Source: Tubiluchus corallicola
Taxonomy: Eukaryota; Animalia; Priapulida
Assembly (NCBI GenBank): GCA_030141605.1
Contig: JAQGDQ010000123.1
Span: 186,001-250,000 of the forward strand
Length of the DNA: 64,000 nt
Direction of reading: 5' to 3'
The notes below the pieces were generated by a model. The model made no database searches, was not told the origin of the DNA, and saw nothing but the letters and a program-made list of their open reading frames with translations. This document shows, one piece after another, positions 25,685 through 37,600 of the stretch; positions within the stretch are counted from its first letter, which is position 1; each line of letters starts with the position of its first letter. The position numbers were made by a program, and so were the translations under genes.

Positions 25685-28600
25685 ACAATTGAGGCGAAGA
25701 TGACACATCCACCTATTTTAGCTAGAGCTCCATACACACTGGCAGCTCCATGGAAAGAGCAGAGGTACTGCCGGACTCCTAGTGAGTCTATAGGAAACAA
25801 TTTTACCCCCGCAGCTGCAAAATATCAGCTAAAGTCACTAGCGGGTCAGCGAAGAAAGGGGGCAGAGTTGCGAAAACGGACGAGTTTGGTCAGAAGTGTA
25901 AAAATACCGTCTCTTCAAGCTGCAAAGCGAAAAAAGAAGAAAATGGCTGCAGAAAGGCATGTAGTAAATTTGTTGTTTCTTAGTTTGGCATGAATTATAT
26001 GCAAAATAAGTTAGAGGTTTATTCATTGGCCTCAAAATTTTGAGTATGAGTTGTATTTATTATGTTCAGTTATTCTCTATACAGTGCCATGAGACCTTAT
26101 AATTCGCTAAATTTTACAATTCCTCACACACACGAAATTAATTCGTGAAGATTATTAGGACAAGGGTGAGCGTTAGGGTTGGGGTTAGGATTAGGTTAGC
26201 GGTTATGGTTAGGTGAGTGTAAAGATTAAGGCTATGGTTAAGTTGGATTAGGGTTAGGGTTGGGGTATTTAAATTGTTTGGGGAATTGTAAACTCCTTCC
26301 TTTTAACTCATAAATATATAGCCTATTTGTGGTTCTTAATTTGTGGAAATTAATATTATCATTTATTTTATGTGGAATTTGTCAAATCTAAATAATTCTT
26401 ATAATAACAAAAGGTAAAAACCGTTTCAGATACCAATGAACAATGGCAATTTACATGTTATCAGAGGCGCTCAATTTCATAGAATGTTTATGTTTGAATT
26501 TACTAAGCAGCTTATTCTTTGCTAGGACTGTGGTTTCTATTGCACTCTTTCAGTAAAAAATCATTTGAAAGTCACATTCAACTTATATAAAAAAATTGGC
26601 TATATGCATTGTGCACCAAATAAATGGTGATTTGCATACATTATTGTTTCAGATAGTTGTTTACAGAATTTACAATATCTTGTTTGTCACCTCACCAAAT
26701 GGTCAATCAAATGTCACCAAATGTCTTATTGAAAGCCTGAGTATGTTTTATTAACGAATGAAAAGTGGTGGTGTTCCTATCTTTGCAGGGCTGCTAAGAA
26801 GCAGGCTATTGAAGCAGTTAGTCGTCCAATGTCACCTGTGTTGCAGCGGGATATTATTCTTACGAAGTGTCAGGATGCAATTGTCGATCAAACTTTGACA
26901 GACTTTGAGGTTTGTATCTTTCATTTTTACTTTTGCCTCTAGAGCACTGCTTGATAAAATTCTATTGTCATTATGTGGAATGATATTAGTGAAGAAAGAG
27001 ATGAAAACTGCATATGTAGACGAAAGGCAGGTGTGCTTAGTTAGCATGTTTTCATTGTTACAACATACACTTTCCCATAACATGCAGCGTATATATATAT
27101 ATATATATATATAAGCCTTTAATATCAATATGTATAAAACTTTTCAAGGTCATTTGGTAAACCACATTTGTGAAATGTAGGGTTTTCGCTTATCATGACT
27201 TTTTGTGTTTTTAGCGGTATTGTTACTATATTAATGAAGGTGTGCGTGACAGTGATCTAGCAGTTCAGCCACTGGAACTGATGCAGAATGCATTGTTGCG
27301 CTTAGGAAACAGTGTGCCTCCTGTGGGCAAACAGAAGAAGCTTCATGCAAAACTTGCTGCTGAACTGAACGATCGATACAAATTTAGTGTGAAAAAAGCC
27401 ATAGGTAATCTCCACATTGCATTGGGTAACAATGTTGATTTTGTGCGTTATTCTTTTATGAGAAAAGAAGCTTACCAATTGGTGTATATACACATTAGTT
27501 AACTGATACCAGAATATTCACATATTTGTCAATTAATTCATTTACGAAGATCAGCAAAGGCAGCTTCCTGGCAAAATGCTTTTTTACTCGCAAAATATAA
27601 CTGTTTTGTACAAATGAAAAACGTTAACTTTTTAAATGGAAAAGTGGTTGTTATTTTATAATCAGTTAAACACATTTTTAATTGAATAGTTGTTAATTTG
27701 AACTTTTTTACTTTTTCATCTTGGCTTGAAATTGCAGTGGAAAGCAAATATGTTCACTGATATGCCTATTGTTTTTACAGCAGATGTGCCGAATATTTTA
27801 TTTTAGTTCTTTTTATTTGAATTAGTGGATTATATTTTGATGGATGAGATAGAACGAATTAGACTGCAGATATACGAACTGCCAATTCCGTTCCCAGACA
27901 GGTATTACTTCCTCACCTTCATTCTTCATTAGTTTTGTTGAGTGACATTGTTTGTGACTGACTGGATGGGTGCTTTCATGCAAATGGCGTGTGTTGAAAA
28001 CTAGCTCACTTTGGGCAGTACCATTCATAAACTACTGGCTGTTTACCTCATAGAAGGAGGATATATTGCGAACGTAGCTGTGACACATCTGCCAGTTAAA
28101 TGGCTCAAAACAACATAGAAGGACTTCCTTGATAATGAGGCAGGCTCCAATCTCACTACAAATATCTCGTTGAGTAGATCCTGCTGTTAAACACTGGGTT
28201 CCAGCTTGCAGTGCATGAAATTGTATAAAAAAAGTACAAAAAATTTGCATTTTCTTCTCGAAAAACATATTTATAAACTGCTGAAGAAGCAAATGTTGAA
28301 ATTTTGGTTGGTATTACTTTGGTTGCTGTCATTGCTCTCACTTTGGCAGCATCTACATTTTGTGAATGTGGGTTCTTCTTACATTACAATAGAGTATGTA
28401 CAACATTTATAATAGTTTTCCTGACGCTAGGCCGCTACTGACAATTAATATATAGTGCTAGTTACCTTGAGGCATTGTGAACCATACAATAAGTAATTCA
28501 CAGTGCAATTTGAAAAAAACTATTGTGAATTTTAATTGTAAAAATTATAGCAACATAATTAATGCCTCTTATCGCCAACTCAGAATATAACTTGGATGAT

Positions 28601-31600
28601 GACAGGAAATCCTATCATATTCAATTATATGCATTTGATGATGTGGAACTAGCTTACTCCTAAATAAACTTTTTTCAATATTATCAATTTGCCTCTGCTG
28701 GAATTTATATTAGATTTAAAATAGTGTGTTAGTAGCTGTTGTTTATCCTCGTGGAATGCAAAATGCTAACTTAACAAGACGAAATTCAAATTAAACAAAT
28801 AATCATAAAGTCCAACTGGGTTTTAATTGAATGTGTTTTTTATTATTCAGTGACTGTATGAGAAAGTGGTAATTATTCTAGCATTATGGCTGGACAGGGA
28901 ATGCTCATTGGTTGCGACCACATACTTCATTTGTTACACTAGTAGTTATACCATTTCAGGGTGATTCGTGCACCTGTGCCATGGCATGAATCATATCACG
29001 AGTCAAAGCTCTTAATGGAGATACATTTATTTGCTTCTAATGTAGTTATGCAAGAGTTACAGCGTTTATTTAATGAAAAGTAAGTAAAATAGTTTTAAGT
29101 ATTGATTTTTCTTTATTATATAACAGCTTTAAATATTGTTGCCTGCAGCCTAAACTGTTGTAATTTTAACCAAATATTGGAAACATGGTGACGAAATAGG
29201 TACCTTCTTATTTACTGTTTCATTCTTTAACGCAGTTGCTTATAATTACAGTCTAGTATCATTGAAATAAGCTATCTGACATATCTCTTGGTTTTTATGC
29301 AATTTCACAGTCAGATTTCACTAAATTTGACCATAGAGCATTTCAATCTTCTTAGCAGGTTGGGAAAATTATCAGTTTGCCATAACTAGTATTGATAACA
29401 GCATAGTTATTTTATTATTACTTGCAAACTAGAAAAGAAAGTAGAAGATTTTGCATACAAGTCCCGGTGAACTTAATTTAATGCTTTCATACTTTTGTGT
29501 GATTGAATAGTAATTAATAAACTGTACTTCTTGCTATTGCTGGTGCCATCCTCACTCCTCAGCACTAAACTGTGAGGCTTGATTAATACAGCTGATAAAA
29601 ATATACAAAAGACGATTAACAACCATATTAATAAACAAATGATTTATTATCTGCATTATTTTTATTTAGGCTTTACAAGTTTTTGCTGATGCCAGCAATG
29701 TTGTTTTATATTGGTTTATTGTCAATCAAGTTTTTTGCAAGCTGTCAATAAAATAACCATGATGTACTGTTTGTCCATATGGCAATCTTATTTCTTCTAA
29801 ACTTAAAGACTGCAAATGACGGATGTTTAATAATGTTACTATTTCATAGAGAAAGTGTGATAGTGTCATCTTACCAGAAAAATGCCATAAACTGATTTTG
29901 CATAATGATTACAATACAAGTTATTGTGATTTAAATGCATTTGCATTTAAAATAAAGTAAACAATAGGTTTTGCAATTGTAGGTATATAAAATTGAGGTT
30001 CGTTAGTTGCAAACAACTAGAGGAGTCAGAATTACCACTCCAACCAAGCAATTTTCAGAAGCTAATCGAATCCTATTGCAATGAAACTCGAACAAGGCTT
30101 CTAACGGAGTATGAGCTGTTATTTACGATAATCACAGATATTTAAATAACAAATATTATTTAGGATATGTACAAAAGTTTTTTGTGTGTGGAATAATGCA
30201 GAATATGAGCTTTCTATCTCAAAGTTTAGCTTAATTTGAGAATACTGTTGATGCCATAAATATCCCCCTACTGTCATGAGTACAGCTGGTGCTGTTGGAT
30301 TGTGAGCTACAAGGGGGAAATCTCAGGCTGAATCAGTCATATTGACTGGTAGCATTGGTGCCAAGCTGTAAGACTGTCAACATTTGAGCAATTGAGCACT
30401 CATTGACCGATCACTAAACAGCTTATGAATTTAAGCACCTGAAATTGAGCGCTAGTTTACCAATCACTAAGTAGTATTATCTGAAATTGAGCACTCCGCT
30501 AGCCAGTGAAGTGTGGCGACACAAACTGCACTTTATTTACGCTGTTGCTATAGGTACCTCTTTCCTTCCTCGTGTCTTTCTGACATAATAGGAGCATTTT
30601 TATAGTGTGTGAAAACAGTCGTAATTTTGACAAACTTCGAAATTACTTTGAATTTTTTTGTGTCAAAAAGTATATCAGAGTTTTGTACAGTATGCACTCG
30701 GGTTTCTGCTTAGCATTACGGTAAGCCAGTGAACATGTGACCAGAAGAAGACGCTAGTAGTTATACTACTATACAGAGTAAGATTACTACTCTATTTAAA
30801 ATTCAAGTCTTAATTTAAGCATTTCAACTAACTGACATTCCATTTAACTAGTCTAACTGAAAACTGATAACACAGCATACAAGAAGTTAAAAATGACAAC
30901 ATAAAAAGACACTATATTAAGACCAAAATCATGGCAAATTACACCCCCAACCCTGACACCTATCAGCATCAAATACAGTTAACAAATTCCCAAGCATTTT
31001 TTAAGGGTGTTCATATTATTTAAAATGTTAATGACTACAAAAGTCTGGTATGTATCATGTAATGAAAAGTGTAATCATAATAACAGCACAATGAAAGTTA
31101 GTTAAAATTTCAAGTAAATAATAACACGAATGTTTAGTGAAAATAATAAATAAATGTTAATGTTACGACTTCACAAAAAATTGTTGCTTTGGTTTCTTTA
31201 AAAAACATTTTGTACTTAATACAATTGGCTTTAAGGTACAATACTTCAAGTTATAACACTTAAAGGTACAGTTCCATCCTGAAGTGCTTTGCGTAATGCA
31301 ACAGTGGAGGCACCATGCTTAGTTAAGCAATCAGCTAGTAATCCTTTTCTGTGGAGGCACCATGCTTAGTTAAGCAATCAGCTAGTAATCCTTTTCTGTA
31401 AGCTGTCAGTTTAACTGTCTTGATTAAGGTATATGTTACTACTGCCATCAGATGAAAGACTAATGCCACAGTACTTAAAGGCATCACTATCCTCTTTGCC
31501 TACTTTGAATGCTGCATGGATCTTACTAATGATCATGGATTCAAAATTTGTGGTTCCACCGCAAATAAAGCACAAGCTACTATGCCAGTCACCGTTTCAG

Positions 31601-34600
31601 CATTATTAGTCCAATTAAATACTGTAGGATTCATCTTTGACATAACTCCATTATACTTGTTCATAACAGCTTGGACTCTGCGATACCATTGTAATGATGA
31701 ATTTGTGATACCATAAACACATTTATTGAGTTGTCGTAAAGTTCATTCACGGCTAGCTTCTTTTGGAGGTTTTATGTAGACATCCCTATCAATCATTTCT
31801 CATTGTAGAAAGCAGTTTTGATATCCACTGAAAAGCAGTTTTGATATCCATTGAGTTCATCTTCCATCTACAGAGTGCAAAAATTGCAATTATTACTCTC
31901 AGTGATTCATAAGCACAAGTAGAAGAGTCTCTTTGTATGTCTACATTAAACTCTTTAAATCCTCTCACTACTATTCTAGCTTTTGGCACTATTCCATCAG
32001 GTGTGGATTTTAACGTGCATTAACGTGGATCTTCAGTTGCTTTAACTTTAGTTTTTTCTTGTTTACTTATATCATATGTCACCACATATGTATTGGTTCT
32101 TGAAACATCACTGCTAAATCTAGTACAGTTCCAGCTTTCTTTAAAGAAGATTTGCTAAGTAACAGAGGAATGTCAGCTTTTACTACTTCGGCTGCAATCC
32201 TACAGCTCGTATTTCCAATTTTTGCCGATAAGTTCACTGTTTTGTATGAGTGCATCATACCATCAAAGTTTTTATATGCGTCATAAGTACTATCCTTGCT
32301 CTCTTTTAAAAACACTCCATCCAATGTACTAAGAAGTGTCGTCATACCATCCACCTTATTTAAATTTTCAACTCTGATGCTTAAAGCCGCTTCTCTGGCC
32401 TTGCCAGTTAAGGTTAATGTCACCACTTAATGCTTGTTTCTTCGCCTCAAGTTCAGTTACTAACCGCCATATTTCCAATTTATTTTTTTGTGTGTGTCAT
32501 ATGCGTCCTTACTAAACTTCGTCAGATTTTTGTAGTTTCCTGCCTTCTTAAAAATTTATCAGTTATTTTTGGCAGCACTTATGTTGTCAGCTGAACTACT
32601 CTCTGCTGCCATGAAAACTGATAACACAGCATACAAAAAGTTAAAAATGACAACATAAAAAGACACTTTATTAAGACCAAAATCAGCCCCAACCAAGTGC
32701 TGACACCTATCGGCATCAAATACAATTAACATAACTAACCTTCAAAAGAGCTCATGCAATAATTTGTTAATTATTGCAAGAACGGTTAACCCACTATTAC
32801 TGTTGTTATCATTTTGTCCTACATTTCTGTTAGTACTAGGCATTCTTAACTGGTTCCCAGCATGATTCTATGCTATATATTTGTGAATGAAGGAATCTGA
32901 CAAAATGTCCATCGCCCAAAAACCACTAATACTATTTTTTCTAACACCAACATTAATGTCACCATTTGTATCAGTATCAATATGCTTAGGAGCTGTCAAA
33001 ACATGGACAACTCCTTTAGAATTGATTTTCCGTGTGTCTTATGCATCCTCACTAATCTTCAGTGGATTTTTGTAGTTTCCCGCCGCCTTAAAAATTTATT
33101 TAAGCGCTTTCGTAGTGATTTATTTAATCGAATCCATATGCAACATCAGAATTAAAAATCGTTGATTTAAAAAAATGTGTAAACAATTGCAAACTGTTAT
33201 ATCTAAAACATGCGACCTGCTTTTAAAAAGGTAGTACTTTGTGGTGTTTTTAGAGTCGCAAACTACCTCTACAACCTTGACTAAACTTCCATGCTACTAG
33301 TGTTGCACGATCCCATGAAAAGAAGTGCAGGCAACAGCCACTCACAACATCAACACCAGACTCTGACATGTGGCAGAAGTTCTTGCTAAAAAGCAAATTC
33401 TAAAGGAAGGTGGTGATCCTGCCAACAGAGAGTGGGTGTTGAGCTGCATGAGAATTCATTTTGGCAAATATGAAGGCCACACATTCTTATGGCTTCTGCA
33501 GAATGATGCACTTTATGCTGTGTACGTGGTGAGCTAGCTCACAATTGATAGGTATACTAGGTAATGTGAATATAGGTTTTTATTTTAAATTAGCTATTCT
33601 ACACTGTATTGATTTTGTAATTGCAATTATGTCAATGCAGAATGATTGATTGTGTGCAGGTAAGTTTTGCAGTTCAAAAATTAATAAAATTTGGGATTTA
33701 GTATTTTTTGTTTTCATTACTACTATTTCATTAAACTGGTGTGTTTCTTAACTTTTTCAAAGTGAGATGGCTTTTTATTTATTTTAGTTGTTAATAGAGA
33801 GATTTTTTGGAATATCAGGAATGACCAGTCTATTTCTCTTAGGTCGAAATGAAATCACGTAGGCCCAAGGAACCTGATGAACTTACAGCAAACAAAAATT
33901 GCTTGGAGGAATTCCTCAGACACTTTCCACTTGTGATGGATGAAGTAGCAAAAAGTATAGGTAGATGGGGAGAAGAAGAAAGAAGTGAGTGACTAGTATT
34001 GACCTCATCCTTAGCTAGTGCTGTTTTTATAAGTGCTGGAATTTTTCCTCAGCTTCTTGTAACTTAGCACTGAAAAATACATCTTTATATAGGCAGTCAC
34101 ACATCATGAGGCTACAATAACCAAGGGTGTTGCATTTGAGCCTGTGGTATGCAGGCCGTTTTCTGCTATTGGTGCTTCACTGCAGCCTGCAAATGAAACT
34201 TTTTCTTGACCTTAGAAGAAGTAGAAGCTCAAATTGGTAAATATAAAATTTATTATTATTACTATTGTCTGTTTAGTTTAAAGACCTGCATAAATTTTGG
34301 CAGCTAATTGCTATGTTGCTAACTCAACTAGCAAATAACGTAACCAAAAATAGAGTAACCCAACTTCTAATTGGTAAGTTGCTATGTTATCTAAATTGCT
34401 AAGATACCAGCAACAAGGAGTTTACCTATTCCGGAAACCGCTGTTTCTTCAGTCAAGTGTGTTAACTGTTAAATTTTATGTTTCTGAGAGTATGAATTCT
34501 AAGAATCTGATTTCTGTCGTTTGAGTTAAATTTCCAAGGTTATTCAGAAACACAGCTAGTTAGCAAAAAATCACAACACTACATCCTCCAAAATTTGCTT

Positions 34601-37600
34601 TTTGTAGCATAACTGATGTAATAAACTTTTGTTGTGTATTAGTAATAACACCAGCATTATAAGCAAATTACATGATTAACTAGTAGCATACTGCCAAACT
34701 CATCAAATTATGTAAATTAATAATAGGTGGAACATGTTACTGCATGTATAAACTTTGGCTTTTTTATCCCTGCTCTCTATAGACTTTTGCTTTTTGCAAG
34801 GTAGCAAATGAAATAAGTTTTATTAGGTGCTTTAATTTCCATCCATTAAAATCGGTTATTTTCATGATCCAGTGATGCAAAGGCAACAGAGCTGATATTG
34901 CCAGAAGCTTGGGCCAATTATTTACCAGAATATAACCACTAGTGGCTGCCCAAGGCTCTGTTTGAAGGTAACCTTTGAAAGACTTGTGAAGCTGTTTTAA
35001 AGAAGCAGCAGAATAGCCTTTGGTTCTACCTACCTCATCCAAACTAAGTTGGCAAGTGTTGGACATCCACGTCTATTGGACATTGGCACAGAGTGTCTTT
35101 GCTGCCAGGTAAACTAAGTTGTTTTATAATCCATTTGTAGGAACGATGGCCACAATTAATTTTGCAGCTTTACGGTAGCACTGATGTGAAATCATTTAAA
35201 TCTACCATTCATCATAGCAAGCACTGACTAGGTTAAAATTTTGTCAACAACATAAAGAAAATGGGGCATTCGAATTTTTTTGGAGATGACAAAATTGATC
35301 TCACAACAAATTCTTTAGCCTGCGAACATTTTTAAGTGACATTTGCTACTCACAGTTTCAAGTGACAACTTACTGTGAATTGTTCTGGTGGGACTTGGAG
35401 GCTTATGGTGGAACTTATTAAGGTTAATGCCCTAAAATGAGGTGTATTGACTATGTTTAGCTACAGAGACAGCATCTCTGAATAAGGCTAACAACCAGAA
35501 TGAGTAAAGTGAATAAAGCTGCTCAGAGCTAGTATTTAACTCAATAGTCGCCCATCCATATACTGTCAAACCTGAGTATTGCTTAACTACTGCTGCCAAA
35601 TGCACATTGCTGCTTTAAATGGTGTACAATTTATGTATACCTTGCTATTGATTATAGACTTCATGACTGTGATTCTTTGCAGGTTACTCACAAGCTAGCT
35701 GGTGCGGCTGCAGGTACGTCAGTGAGGTCGACTAATGTTGGCAATGAGCATGGTGAGATCTTGATGTCAGTCCTGACAGGTGGAAAAAGGCTCATACTAG
35801 AAACAGTGTGTCAAGCGTTGTGGCTTGGTCAAGCGTTGTGAAGTTGCGCAAGCATTGCCACCATGCTTGCTATACGTTAATCGGGACTGCTTTTGGCTTG
35901 TAGCAGGCCTTCGTCATTCAAGAAACATTTTGCTGAATGGAAAGATCTTGAAATTAGACTCCACATTTGCCACTTAATGTGTCGCATTGCTTTGGCATGT
36001 AGTACAGAAAGCCACCTTTTATACAAGCTGTCTATGAGCAAGTTTGCAACTTGTATATTTGAATGGGATAAGGAGGATGTTAACAACTTGAGAGAGGCTA
36101 AGCATTCAGAATTGAGGGCTGAAAAAGTTTTTGAGCTGTCAGATGAAGATATTTTCCATAAAATCACACCTAGTGGGTTACAACACCATTGTAGAAGGCA
36201 AACTAGATCTCCAGAATCATCAAGACTAACATCGACAGCCTGATTACCGTGTTCGACTCGGAACACTAGGGAATACTTTTTGTAAACTCATTGAAAAATT
36301 ATATTTGTCAATTAGTTATGTTCTTAGATTGACATGTATACTTTAACCGTATTTTCCTTGAATAAATTTACAAATAACTGTGTGAGATTCACTGGTTTAT
36401 TTTATCAGACTTAGACATTTTGCTGGTTAATGCAATTTTCTGATGACTTTCAAGTCTAATTTGGGAGCATAACTCCTACAAGCAACATTACTAATTACTA
36501 ATTTAATTTAGTATTGTTGTCCAAAATAAAGAATATACATGTACTATAAATCAGTGGGCAACAAATAGAGTCAATCTTGTATAAACTATAAATAGCACTT
36601 TGATTTTATGTGAAAAACAAGTCAAAATTGTTATGTAATGATAAAAACACTTTGGGTTAATAATGCAATTAATCAACAACAAGAGTTAAATACATTTTGA
36701 TTTGAGTTCAACTTTTTGTAATTTGTGAACTATCATTGTATTCTTATATTTTTATATATATTTTTTGTTACTTTTTTACTAGTCCATGTTGTCTGCTGTG
36801 TGTTGTTGTAGCTTTTCGTAAAAATGTCTTGTTAAGAAAATTCGTATTGTTCTGGTACAGCATTCAAAAAAAAGTCAACAGCTGCTCAATTGCGCCAGGT
36901 GCGTCACATGGATGACATCCTTAGCGCACCTGGCAGACCACGCGAGTACTAATCCCAGGTCTCTGGTTCAAATCCCGACTGGTCCACAATTTTTCATCTC
37001 CTTTCTGCAACTCATTACTCACTATCAGTAATAATTGGTAAAGTAAACTGCAGTTGTTTATAAACATGCTGACAATTACAAACATAATGTAATTTATCCG
37101 TTGAACATCTCTTATTCTTTTCTGTGAGTTAGTTTTGTGTGCAGTCATCAGGTGTAGTCCATCCACATGTTTTTTCATCTCAATAAACACTTATTTTTAC
37201 TTTTACATTAACATTGGGATGACATATGAGAAAAAGTTAGAATACTGATAAATCAAAGTCTCACCCAAGAACAAATATTGTCCGTTGTCTTTTTAAGAAA
37301 ATGTTTTATGAAGCATTAGCTGTCAGCCTATGATATTTATGTGATGGGTTCAATGGCTCAGTGGATAGTAGTCGTACATTCTTGTCGTAGTAATCGTAGT
37401 CGTAGATAGTAGGAGGTGAGCATTCTCTACCAGAAAGCGAACTTCAATCAAATCAAATTTATGACTTTTGAATTCGAATCAAACAGTATTTCGAGATTTC
37501 CAGTCTGCACCGAATTCAAATTCAGCAATAAAGATTTTAAAATAAATTTTCAAATCATTAATAAAAAGTGGTCTCAGAAAGAACATGCATGTTAGTTGTT

